The notes beneath the pieces are model-generated. The model made no database searches. It was given only the letters and a program-made list of their open reading frames with translations, and was not told the origin of the DNA. A DNA stretch of 64,000 nucleotides from Lobosporangium transversale (taxonomy: Eukaryota): contig NW_019028992.1 of the NCBI RefSeq assembly GCF_002105155.1, positions 744,001 to 808,000 on the forward strand, in the 5' to 3' direction. Numbering within the stretch: position 1 is the first letter of the stretch; the number at the start of each line of letters is the position of its first letter. The position numbers and the translations under genes were made by a program. Shown here piece by piece: positions 40,070 through 53,256 of the stretch.

Positions 40070-40920
40070 CTTTCCCGATAGTCCATTTCAGACGGACAAG
40101 CACTTGGATGCATTCCACATCTTTCGCTCTATCGGTTGAGCTCCTGCCCAATGGCGTCCCTCTCACGCTTCAGGAGGGAAATACAAGTATCGAGAGCGAT
40201 ATTCATTTAAGATTCGTTCCCGAAAGTTCGAGCACGTCTCTCCGAAGATCATGAAGTAATACGAACAGAAAGAGCATAGAGATAGTCCCAATGCGAATGC
40301 TCCTGACTCTAGCAAGCGGAAGAAAAAGGAGGGGAAGGGAAACCCGGCAGAGCCACGAAAAGCGATGGACGAAGTGGATAAAAAAAGACTTGGTCGGGGC
40401 TATGCAGTATGAACATCCAACTAGGACTCTTGACATCGGGACGGTCAACGGCAACCTGAGTAAGACATTGACTGATAATCCCCAATTTAGGCCCAGGATT
40501 AAGATCTGCCTGCAAGAAATCGTTCGCCATGCTTCGAAGGCCAAGTGCACTTGCCAGAGAGTTACTGGCCACATTGAACAGCTTCCAGCTACCGGTGTCA
40601 TTGGCACAGACAGAAAGCTGCTCGATCTTATCTGCCCACGTACATATGTTTAGCAAGAGTGTGGCCGGCGATGAAGGTTCTAATGGAACCGAGAAGAGAG
40701 ATGGCGCATAGAATGGTGAGGACGAAACGAAGGATGCCAGTACGCACCTCCTATTTCCGCTCCTCGTGTGTACCTGCAACAAGAGGCCCCCAACTGGCAA
40801 AGTAAAGGATCCCCATGTGTTCAACTTCATCCATGAGGTCAAGGACTTTTTGCCAGCTATGGCCGATGTTGGTTCGACCAATATAGGGATGTGCTACCCA
40901 GGGCTCTCCCGCCCCGCTGA
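40070..40920 (+). pseudogene. Internal fragment of a PIN-Fanzor-like gene
   Basis: KKDLVGAMQYEHPTRTLDIGTVNGNL...CLQEIVRHASKAK resembles KHPIKALTIGSLKAS...IRGAVVVLNRLRR in ORF 44567-45307; frameshifted. Confidence 0.55.
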
Positions 40921-41203
40921 GAAACTCTAGTAGTTCGACTTTGTTGATTGAGATGAAAAAAAGTCAATCCGTTACTTCGTCACAAACATGGATGTCATCC
41001 GTGCATATAATCTTGCGCAGTTTGACAGCATTTGCTAAATTCCGTCCAATTTCGACAATGTTAATACCGTGCATGAGTCTCTAGTATATGCAGTATATGC
41101 AAATAGCCATCGGCTTCTGACGAGCCAAGGATAGATACGCGAGTTTGTTCAGGCTTCTGTAGGCCAGAGCTGCCCCCTACCTTGTCACATCACAGACCTT
41201 GTT

Positions 41204-41236
<33 letters not shown>

Positions 41237-41995
41237 GTTCCTCTCGTCTCTCTCGTCAAGAGGAGGATTGAAGGTATAATCCGGATGGTCGCGGATAGGA
41301 GAGATTCACTTTTCGTCACGAAGCGACTGCAAAATATTTTCGCAACGCTGTGCTCAATTACACTTCTTTCAAGTTTGATGGTTGTTATGCTGGCGTGCGA
41401 GGAAGTTCAGTTGAATCTGGGGTATGGAGACGACAAAAATAAAGAATAAAATAAAATAAAAAATAAAAAGTAGTGAGTAGGGGAACCGGGGACACAAAAC
41501 TTTCTAGTTCAGTTAGATCTGCCCTCTTTGTTAATTTCAAACACACTTACGTTACTTTACGAACAGTTTTGGACGCCATCGCCTACGTCCGGCTCACTCT
41601 CAGATACCGCGTGGGTGTTTCTGACCAGTTAGTGGATTGAAAACAAAACAAAAAAAAATACTTGAGTCTTTACAAATAAAATAATACAGGATGAATGCAT
41701 TCACTAAACGAACCGTATACGCAGGTTAGTTGGTTAGTTACTTACTTACTTACGCTGATGTCATTGAGATGGTTGACAAGGTTGATACCGACGGAGCTGT
41801 TGCTGTTGAAGGTGTCGATAACCAGTCCTGTAATGGAAACTCGCATGGAATCGAGTCGACAAAGTGCATTAAAGGAGGATTGATTGAGAGGAGTTTTTGG
41901 TTAAGCGCGTCGTGGACTTTTTATTGTTATTTTTTTTTTTAAAAATAAAAAATAAAAAAAAAAAGTGAGAAAAGACTTCCTACTTTTTCATCCTT

Positions 41996-42028
<33 letters not shown>

Positions 42029-42247
42029 CATTATTAGAACTATCAAGAGCCTGCACGGCACCACAAGCTTTCCTTCTCATTTACATAGTTATTAATATTT
42101 CATATTACAAAATAAGGTGGTTTTATAGTTTTAGGAACTTGTTGACAAGGGGAGTTGGACTGGTTGAAATCGATAATATTTCCAGACTATGCTTTGGCTG
42201 CTGGAACATAAGCTGTACCGTCGCTTGTGTGGAATGGTTGCTGAACA

Positions 42248-42284
<37 letters not shown>

Positions 42285-43368
42285 AAGGGAAGGGAAGGGG
42301 AAGATAGAGAAAAAGAAACAGAAAAGAAAGAAAAGAAAAAGGGTGATCTCTAAAGACAAAGGACTTTCAACACCATTGCACCGGTCATAGGGATAGAGAG
42401 CTATTAAGCGAGTTTAAAGAACATGCAATGTAAAGCGAATGATAAAGTGATGGATTTCTGTTGATGGACGCTGTCATTGATCCGACAGACTTCGTGTCAT
42501 ACTCTCCAATTCCCCGAAAGAGGAATAAAAATTAAAAATAAAAAATCGATTTATCAAAGGTCTCCAGTGGAAAAACACGCCGATTAGCACAAAGTACGCG
42601 CTTGTTTGCCAAGTACTCATCATTATTCAGCACCACCATTCATGTGCTTTGCACATCTTTCACCAGAGGTGAGATCACCAAGAGATGGAAAAAACACGAT
42701 ATCAAAAAACGCGTAATATCTTTTGATGATATCACTTTTTTTTTTTTTTTTTTTTTTTTTTTCCTTTTTACTTTGATTAATACTTGGGAAATATTAAATC
42801 CATTCATTTCTGTCAAAATTTAAATCTTCTTTATTCATTAAATTCCTCACAAAGCACAAAGCGAGGGCCTGAGAAAAAAAAAAAAAAAAAAAAAAAAAAG
42901 TGTAACAAGGGATCGACATCGAGATGATTTTTTCGAATGCTCACTTTGGTATCTCAGTGCTATTGTTTCCAATCTGCCGTTCATGCGAGAGCTTGTATTT
43001 ATTTGTCGATCTCTGCTATTGACTTGGACAAAACCCCAAGCCAAACAAAGGAACTGAATAAAGATTGATGTGGCCTGTGAAGCAAAGGATCGATATCAAA
43101 ACTATATGAGACAATGATAAAACTCATCATCAATCCAGGATATAAAAAGGGATCATTGTCTTCCTCCTTCAAAGTCCCATCCCTTTTACCACTGCCACTT
43201 GTTCCTGTATCTTTCCCTCAATATTCTTTATCTATTCACTTTGGATCTTTAAACCATAAAAAGCTCATCCTTTTATACCTTTGTAGCTCTTTTTTTTTTT
43301 TCTTTTTCATTTCTTTTCATCATTACCATTTCTTCTTTTTTTCTTTCTCTTTCGCTTAGATATTGACC

Positions 43369-45360
43369 ATGGGGCTGGAGTCCTTCTTCAAACTGGTTGC
43401 GGATCGCGGGGTTTTACCTTCGGAAACTGACGTGGGCACTTCCTTGGCGGCAAATCCTGACCATTCTGTTCATGTAGATCTCCTCGGTACGTTCTATTAC
43501 GACATCCTCCGCAGAGTCGTCCATGCAAAGATGAAAAACGAAACCATCATTGATGTAGGAAGGTCTCTGGCTCTCGTGATAAAGGATCTTTTCATAACGG
43601 ACAATCTGACTATACATATTGATGGGGAACCTTGTACTGAGGAAGAAAAGGCAAGGACAGAACGGCAAGCCATAAGACAAAAAAATATGGATGCTTTGGA
43701 GAACGATATGAGGACCTTCGAGAGAAATTCTCGGAGTGGGGTATGGACTCGTCCTCAAGTCATGAGGCGCATCCAGAAGGGTCTTCGAGAAGTCCACACC
43801 CTGAGCGTCCAGGACAAGGATCAGCTGGCAACAGGCCTTAACTCTGTCTTCGATGTCTGTCTGTGTGCATATGAAGCGGACCCATGCATAGGGTGCCATA
43901 ATGAGGAGAATGATAGGATCGTGATATCCCAAGACTCTGATTTTTTTGCGTACGAACAGTCTGCTTCCTAGTGCGACTCCTTCCGCACCATAGACGGAAG
44001 TTTGGGGTTTACGATGTAGACAACGTTATCCAAGCACTAAGACTGCCATCACACAAGCATCTGGTGCTATTCTGTGCCATCGCAGGCAATGACTACTCAA
44101 GGAACCTCGAGACGTTAGGCTCGGTCAATAATCTTCGATTAATTCGAAAGGTTGCGTGGAACGAGATCTACAATAAAATGCTTCGGGACTACCTAAGGGA
44201 AGCTAGTAAGGTGTTGGGAAGGAACGCAGCCTCTGAAGAAGGCCGTTTCAGAGTAGCTCTCCGCATTTTTACTTCCGGCCATCAAACGTCGGCCCAAGCG
44301 TTACCATCGAACAATGGGTTCGATAACTTCAAGCAGCGTCTACTCAATGGAAAGGATCTTCGCCATAGAATGGCTCAGCAAAGGCGAGCGCAGCGCCGCA
44401 GAACGTAAGAAAGCTCAAGCTATAGTTTTGACCTCGAAACCAAACGTTCCCAATACTAATCGTTAGTCCCTTTCTTGGATAATGTAGAGACACACCGTCA
44501 TTCTATATAGCGAAAGGGTCATATAGGAACCAGTTCCGGCCCATCTTTTCTGACAAGGCGAGCATATTGAACGGACGCATAGTTGATATCAGTAACTGCC
44601 GTCAGCACCATAGGCCGGGCCTTAAGCATCCACCACGTCGGAGAAAGGCAAAAAAGAAGCAACAGAAAAAACAAAAGCGGAAGCACAAAGGCAAGAAGCC
44701 CCACAGGGCTAAAAAAGAAGGTGCACCAATTAGGAACTTGAAGGATGCTACGAAGGTTGACCACAGCTACAGCGGTAAGCACCCTATCAAGGCCTTAACA
44801 ATTGGGTCCCTTAAGGCCTCCATGGCAAGGAAAGGCGGACTGGACGCAGATGAAAGGGATAGTATTGCAAGCCAGATCCGAGGGGCAGTTGTTGTCCTCA
44901 ACCGACTACGCCGCTATGCATACTGGGTGATTGCCTTGGACATTGAGAGGATCATGCGGTTACCAGGGGCAGCAAAGTCGAGGAAAAAGGCGCTGGACGA
45001 GGTCTTGGATAGCAATGATTATTCCTTCCGTCTCGCCACCCTTCTTTTGAGCGGTCAAGGTGGCCCCAATTCAGCTTACGCGAGGGCAAAGAAACAAGGA
45101 AAGGCGGTAGAAACGCCCCATCATCACCTCGCTTATGAACATTTCAAGGCCACCACTGAACTTTCCCCAATAAAGGATATAGACATCACATTGGGGGACG
45201 TCCAAGGCTTTGATCCCAAAAAGATCACATTTCCAAGAGCGTCAGACTTACTAATGGGCCAAGTACAGACATCATTAAGGCAGCACTACAGGAACGCAAT
45301 GGTATAGCTTGTGTAGGGTATTTTCATGCATATTCTGCAATCAAATGCTCTTTATTCACA

Positions 45361-45395
<35 letters not shown>

Positions 45396-45854
45396 TTTGA
45401 TGTCGAGAAAACAAGTGAAGATATGAGTGACATTGAGTTTTTTTTGCGGGAGAACAAAAAAGTGAAAAAATACTCAGACTTTCCTATGTCCCCCTGGTCA
45501 CCCGGGTATGTGTATCTGTCTGAACACGCCCTAGTTGACATCCTCTGGGCTTGCTAATAAACGACTGCCATTTGAAACGCTTAGGTCAAAGCACGAGGAC
45601 ACTTCGCTGTAGGGGCGCACGAATTTTACACCAGCGCCCGCTGCCCCCGACCCCTCTGCGATAGCTTTTTAGAGACGGTATACCCTCGCTCTAAATATTG
45701 CCGGACATGTAAGGTATTCTTCGACCGTGACGCAGTAGGGGCGGAAAACATCGCAAGAATCGGTCTTGCTCAAATTGAGAGGCAAGAGAGGCCTGCAAAG
45801 TACAAGCCCACGGAAGAGTCGCCTGCTCCGGCTGCAAAGCGCGCACGACGCTAG
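43369..45854 (+). pseudogene. XPG/FEN1-like PIN nuclease fused to a TnpB/Fanzor-type RuvC/zinc-finger C-terminus; frameshifted and internally deleted
   Basis: PIN motifs MG, HVDLLG, HIDG, EADPCI, SQDSDF and H3TH-like GNDY; 45585-45854 reads VGAHEFYTSARCPRPLC...YCRTCKVFFDRDAVGAENIA; frameshift at ~43970. Confidence 0.82.
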
Positions 45855-46332
45855 ACACAAGTATTTGGGTGCCGGCAACACCCACAAAAAATTTGTAAGT
45901 TCTGTTTATTTTCGTCTCTTGTATCCTCTCTAATCTTTTGCCCCTGAATTTCTGGACTAACTTTAAAAACCGTACAGATCAACAGATAACTAGCAGATGT
46001 TCTACTAGGGGGGGTTTTTTCTTTGTTTTTTTTTGTTTTTGTTTTTTTTTTTTGCCTGCCCTCTTGAAATCAGATGGCAGCTTGTTTTATGACTTGATAT
46101 GATTACTATTAAAAGGTATAAAGGAGTAGGACTATACTATTGTCTGTTATAATAAGAAAAATGAAAGAAATAGGCAATTAAACATTACAGAAAAAAAAAA
46201 GAAAAGAAAAGAAAAGAAAAGAAAAGAAAAGCAAAAAAAACTACGTGCCATTATGGTTGATTAAACTATATACAATGTAATGTTGGAAAAAGAGAAAATG
46301 TAGCAACATAAAAAAGTATCGTAAAAAGGACT

Positions 46333-46830
46333 TCAAATCACCACAAGAGGCTGAAATTCATATCGAGATTTTGGTACTAACATAAACGCGATGTGTGCAT
46401 ATGCCTCCTCAATATCCTCCTCATCCATCTCATTATTATCGTTGTTGCTGTTGCTGCTGCTAGTGCTGGTACGGTCGTTATCATTGAATGCATTTGGCAG
46501 TGGTAGATCCTCAAGTGCTTCAAGCGCTAGTGGTGAGAGGAATGGAGCACCTGATGTTGTGTTTGTCGTTGCAGTTACAGGCGTCACTGGCCGAAGGGAT
46601 GATACTGGTGAGGATGAGCCCATAGGGCGTCCTGTTTTAGCAGAGGTCCGCTCCTTGTGTCTCATCGTCAGCATCGCCATGATCTGCCTTTTGGTCGATG
46701 CTCGTTTCTCTCGCTCCAATTCAGTAACTGGGTGAAGAGGAGCAGGTGACGGATGGAGTACTACCGATAGCGATGATGAAAGTGCAGCCTCTAGACTCTT
46801 AAAAGATCGCTCGATGCTCTTTTGTTCACC

Positions 46831-46876
<46 letters not shown>

Positions 46877-49800
46877 ATAGTTGTGGGAGCCACAGTTGAT
46901 GAAGCAACAGCAGAGGGCTGAATAAAAGTGGCGCCCATTGCTGTTTCTCCTGGTGTCGTGGATGTAATGATAGCCATCTCGAGGACTTCTGATTGCGACC
47001 TCCGATGGAACGCCATCAGGTCGTGTCCTCGACCATTAGCGAGGCGGAGTGGATCATTGCGACGAGGATGAGAAGATAAGGATCGTGTTCTCTGTGCGGT
47101 GGCCCTCCCTTTTACTGCCGATGTGGTTAAAGCGGCCTCAGCTAATGTACCAGTTGAAGGAGTCGCTAGCTCATATTGTGTATCCATATTACGTGGATCA
47201 GAAGCACGGCTTGTAGTCTTGGAGCGGAACAATTTCACTTTTCTGTGAACCGAAACTCGTTCCGTTGCAGCGGCAGCAGCGGTAGTGGTAGCATTAGTAG
47301 CTGTTGCCGTAGCAGCCACTGCAGCAGTTGTCAAGGTTTTATCAGTTCTAAGAGTAGACGTCCCAAGGGCCAAAGAAGGCTCGCTAGCGGAGGTTGTAGG
47401 GGGGAAGTACTTCACGCTATCACTCCTCATACGAACAATGTCTCCTTCCGAGCAAACTGCTTGTTGTAAATCGACAACCCCATCGGGCCCTGGTTCAAGC
47501 GATCGCATGGTCGTGGTCGTGGTCGTGGTTGTAGCTATTGCGGTTACCGTCATGTCATAGCCCGTTCGCATGTTTGGACTAGATATCGTGCCCTTATTTT
47601 CTTTTGTAAAGTCAGTGACAGATTCATTATTGGATCCTACAGCGGAACCAGTCCGAGTACTTCCGCTGAGGCGACTGGAGCAGCGGCGAGCCAACGAGCG
47701 GATTGATGAGCCAGTGACAAGCTTCTTCAGGGTCCGCTTGCGGGTCAATCCAGGGGCTGTGGTCTCCTGTGATGACGGTACTATCGGCGCAGTCATGGCT
47801 GGTTGCAATTCATTTGTATCGTTTGCTCCATCTTCTTTGCTGCCGACAGTTGCGTTGCTCTCTTCCTGCACGTGCTGTTGTCGTTGTGGCTGCTGCTGCT
47901 GTTGTTCCTCCAAAGCAATTGACGGTGTTGATGTTGCTTGTTTATTACTTCTCCGGATGCTCAGTAGTCGACGACCGGCGGACAAAAGGGAGCAGTCGAG
48001 GGTGTGACACTTTGTGCTTCCAGGCTCTCTGGACGGCGTACTATCATTTCGTCGTCTGTTATTGCTGCTATAGACAGCAGCACTCTTGGATCTCGATAAT
48101 CCTGATGCATGAGCCGCTCTGGATTTGAACGAGGACGAGATACGACTCAGAGAGCTTGCCCTTGAGACGGATCCCTGCTCTGGGGGGCAAAGAAGCCCCT
48201 CTGCCCTTCCGACCCTTTCACGACCTCTTCTTTCCTGCTGCTGCTGTTCCTGCCGCTGTTGGTGCATTTGTTGTTGTAGTTCCTGCCTCCGAGCTTCCTT
48301 CCACTTCACTTCCGCTAAAACATCCTCCTGGTGTTGCTGCTGTTGGTAGTAGCAATGTCTCTCCCATGCAAGCTCATTTGCGGTGCGATCTTTCATTCCA
48401 GGGTGATGATGAGGGGGACATGCTCCAAGCTCATAGGCTGAGGCCGCTGCAGTTATGTTCAAATAAGACTTGTGCTGGGCACTATGTGCTGATGAATGAT
48501 GATACGCATTTGAGGGCAGAGGAGGCAGCGGCGGCAGCAAGCTGTGATGAGAATGGTGCACATGATGACGTTGATGAGGACGGTGAAGATTGTGATTACC
48601 GTAGTGACGGTACAGCGGTTGTTGCTGACGATATTGCTGGGTATGTTGATAGTGCATCTGATGCCATTGACGGCGCAACAGGCGCTCTTGTCTTGCTTGC
48701 TCTGTCAGGTCCTCGTGTCTCGATTGAGGGTCGAGATAAAGATAGCGTGGGACATCCGTGCTTGTGAGAGATACCGAGCGGCGATGGCTATTCTCCACGT
48801 GTGAATGACTATCGGAGGATGAAGATGCCTCGTACCGATGGTATTGTTGATGAAGCACATTTCCATGTGAATGTCGTGAGTACTCCTCGTGGTTGGGACT
48901 GTTCCTCAAATAGGTCTGATCATGGAGGAGATGCTCACCAGTGTGAGTGAGCTGTTGCGGAGGTTGAGTCGGACAATGTCGTGGATCTAGTTTATTTGAC
49001 GAATTTTGGTTTTGGCTGTGCTGTTGACGAAGACGACGATGATTGTATTGATGATCGAGATGATGTCGTTGTTGGTGGGAATGAGCATATTCATGAATAG
49101 CAGCTGAGTTTGGGAGCGCTGGTGTCGAAAATGGCGGCAAATGCGATGCTGAGTTCATGTAAAGCTCATTAAATTGTTGTTGACTGCTAGCTCGGTGCTC
49201 ATGTTGAGGCTCCCGCTGAGCTCCAGTACTATTTATAATAGTTTGCTGACTATCCTGGGAAGGATAAATCAATTGCTGGTGTGACTGGTACGGGTGCTGA
49301 TATTCCTCATGCTCGATGCTTGATGCCTCCAATTGATGAGTACTAATAGCAAGTCCATGCAAAGTGCCATGTTGTTGGTAATGATGATTGTCGGGTAATT
49401 CAACTGCGCCACCCTCCATAGCTTGGCTCTGCTGAGTCAACCAGGCTGTCACGTAGTCATCTTTCGCCTGTCTACTAGGCAAGTGCCCATCACTTAGGCT
49501 CCAGGCCACGTTTTTAGCATGGTAAATAGGATTGGAGGCACAGAGGTGTGTATGATGTGATTCAAGGTTTGGGATAGCTAGAGAGGGTTTCGGACTTTGT
49601 TGATAATCAGAGTTGACAATGTGTGTTGCTTTGAATTGCCTGGGCTCACGATGATCGGTGCTGATGCTGTCGGATATACCTGCATGTTGTGGCGTGTGAA
49701 AATGATAATAGCTGTGCGTAAGAGCATGGGCAAGCGATTGGCGCCCTTCTGTTTTACTATCCATAGGAGTGGGAGTGTTGGTGCGGGAAGATTGGGAATA

Positions 49801-51110
49801 CGGAGGACTTGTGGAACGGTCGATACTGTTAGTTTTATAGTCGTCCCAAGCTGGATGCCTGTTTGTCCGGTGATGTCGCCTTGAGGCTCCTCCTCCGCTA
49901 CGGAGACTGCGAACCTTTCTCCGTAGGCGCTCCTTCTTGCTGTATAGGAGGCTGAGCAGGATCATGGTTAATGTCACAGACAGGAGAGTTGCTATAGATG
50001 ATCTAGAAACTTTGGAACCTTGGAGTGCCTTCCTCTGTGTAACAGCGACATTCTCTTTCTCATGCATTGTTCTGGATTGAGTTGCATACTGCTTTTGTTG
50101 TTGTGGTTGGTGATTGAAGCGGTCTGAGCTCGCATCTGCTGCAGCTCTGGAGATTGTTTGTGTTGTTGATACATCAGTTTGTATAGTCGAAAGCTGCGTG
50201 TTTGTCTCGTTGGGATTGGGCAAAGTGGACACAAGCGTCGTGCTCGCGCTTTCGTGGCGGTCACCTGGCTTCTCTATACAAGAGCCTGCTTGTGGGTCCA
50301 GAACCCGAAGCGACGATGTCTCTGTCTGATTCGTCTGAGCGGCTTTTAAAGATGCTGCTTGTAGGGACGATGCTGTAGAAGCAGGTATAGAGGAGCTTTC
50401 CGATGATGGCTGAATTATGAAAGAAGTTGACGTTGAAGTTGAAGTTGAAGTAGTCAGAACATTCCTGTTGAGAGCTTTCATCTGTTAGTAAACAAAACAA
50501 ATAAAGAGTTGGTGTTGTGTGTTGTTATTGTTGTTGTTGGTGTTGCGATCAAGTTTTTTTTTTTGTGGGGTGTTTTTTGGAATGATGCGATGCAAGTATG
50601 CAAGTATTATGTTAGCATTCAGAAAGCATAGCCAGGATGCAGCAATCCAGAATCGACCATAGCGTGTGCATCATTGGATGAAGGTCATACAGAGAAAAAC
50701 AAACAAGCGAATGCAGTGACATTGTGGCGCGATCGATCAGTCGATAGTGTAATTCAGTGGTGGCAAAATAAAAAACAAAAAAAAAAGGGGGGGGAGGAGG
50801 GAAGGGCAGAGAAGGTTAGTTTGCTGTTTTGAGAAACATCAAATTAGAGCAATTTGACACGTTGTTGAATCATTACAACTGTTCAATGAAAGATGGTCAG
50901 ATCGAGGGCGACTATGCAGATACAACAGGTGAATTGTTTGTAATATACCTTGTGTGTAGTCTTAATCTGATATCGTCGTAGTGCCTTAGCCATCAATGTC
51001 TGAACAAAATTTGTCGGTTGTTTTGTCTGTGAAACGGCAGAGGATGAAAACATGGCCATGGTGAAGAAAAGGCTGTAGCGAGCCACGATAGGAGAGAGAA
51101 TGTTGGACAT
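46333..51110 (-). CDS. Large low-complexity (Q/H/S/T-rich) protein with one predicted TM helix; exons 51110-50949 and 50481-46333
   Basis: 1382-codon open exon; in-frame upstream exon MSNILSPIV...TTHK with a GT...CTAACAG intron; TM-like IATLLSVTLTMILLSLLY followed by a basic stretch. Confidence 0.8.
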
Positions 51111-51213
51111 TTTCGCCGACGGAGCCCTTTCAAGGACAGGAGTAATTACTGAATGTTCCAAGCAAAGGAGAAGAAGGATGGAAGGGGGGGATTTTTATGT
51201 TTTAATTGAAGGG

Positions 51214-51246
<33 letters not shown>

Positions 51247-51663
51247 AAGTGAAAGATATCCTTTTTTTATGTGCATAAATGTAATGAGATGTGCTGGTGC
51301 ACAAGAAGGGCAGGTATGCCACTGTCTTGGCAATGACTAAAGATGTGTTGTTTTAGAGAGAATGTATGATGATGCAGAGTAAAGGGAAGGAAAGGGAAGG
51401 AGAAGGAAGAAGAGAGGGGAAAGAAAACAGGCTCAGGATGGTTGAAATGCTTAAAGACGTCAATAGTGGAAATGGGAATGGAGAGAGAAAGGAATTGAGT
51501 GTCATTAAATAGGTGAACGAGAGTGACAGAATGAGTGGAGGGAGAGAGGGTTTAGAGCTGTGGATGGGTGCAAGTTGGTGTGGTAATGAGATTTGCCCAA
51601 GATCCAGCAAAGGAATGTTGATGGAAAGAGATTGAGAGATTGAAAGATGAAAGAGGCAAGGAC

Positions 51664-51696
<33 letters not shown>

Positions 51697-53224
51697 AAGA
51701 AAGGAAAAAAAAAAAAGTTGTAAAGAGGAAGAGCAAACAAACAGCATTTGGTGGTAAATAGCATATTAAACAAGTATAAGCCCTGCTCAACTCCTTTTTC
51801 TTTTCCCATCGATAGTTTGCAACCGTTGGATGCAAAAAAAAAAAAAAAAAAAAAAGCAACAGAAGCGCGGTATGCAAAGTTAGTGCATCAATTCTTTTGG
51901 AGTAGAGTGAAATAGGGTACAAACATGCTTAATGAACATGAATACGCCGTGTACAATCTCTTGCATGTTGAATATACATGAATGTACCTTTGCTTTTATC
52001 GAGCGTAGTGCTTAATTTTATTTTATTTTTTTTTTTGCTGAGATTGGATGTGACAACGTGCCTGAGAGCGCTTAATTCTCCTTCATATACTCTCTCCTAT
52101 CTCGTTCCTCAGCATTCTCAAGATCAAAAGCAAAAAAGACATGAGACGTTTTTCTTGCAAGGAGTTGAATGAGTTGAGTACATCAATGTGTATGAATGAG
52201 ATCAATTGATAGATATATATCTTTTCTACATTTACTTTTACTTTTTTTATTTTTTCTTATTTTATTTTATTTTATTTTATTTATTTATTTTACCGTATTT
52301 ACTTTCTTTTTTTTTTTTTTTTTTTTTTTTTTAGCGCTCAGACAGACAAAGACAAAGACGAATTGCGAAAAAATCAGAAAACCTTGATCACTTTTGTAGC
52401 AAAAGACAGATGTTTAAAGTCTGAGAAGAAAAGAATGGGAATATCTTTTCCACTCTGCTCTCAATTACTCGTTTTTTAGGAAAAAAAATACTCTCCACGG
52501 GCTGACGGACTGAGGGCTGTCTTCCTTTGTTGATACTCTTCATTAGCTCATCCTTTCCTTGAGCTCTGTAACTTCCCAGTATCTTGGGTCTGAAAAATAA
52601 ATAAATAAAAGTCCAGAACATAAAAATAAAAATAAATGGTGAAATATATAAACAGGGTTGTAAATGAATACAAAAACATGAAAACCCATTATCATTCTCT
52701 TACAATATAATAAAGATGTTCATAGTATATTTTTACTATCAGTTATCAGCTTCATGTATCATCTATCAGGGGCAATTCATGCGTTGTTATGACAAGTAAG
52801 ATGTTGACCTCAACAGTACCTTCATTCTGTTAGTACTTTGCCTACATCCAACACAATGGGAAGTCAAAAGAATGTTCATGTCGTCCTCTTGTCCCTTGTT
52901 ACTTGCATCTTGCAGTTGTCGGAATGGTTTAAATCTCGGCAAAGCATGGAACTGGAGGCAACCTAAAAATGCACAAACATTCATGTACCAAGACCAAGCT
53001 GCATACAGATAACAAAAAACAAAAGAGAAAAGCGCAAAAAGTAAGAGATCTGTTGAGCATGCATTTGGACGAATTGGAACTATAACTAAATGCTCTCTTT
53101 ATTTCTTTTTTTTTTATTTTTTTTATTTTTTTTATTTTTTTTATTGTCCTGTTTATGGTTAAAAGAGACCCTTCATCAACATCACACCCCACATTGGATC
53201 TCGATCTATTGGTGTATTGCCTTC

Positions 53225-53256
<32 letters not shown>

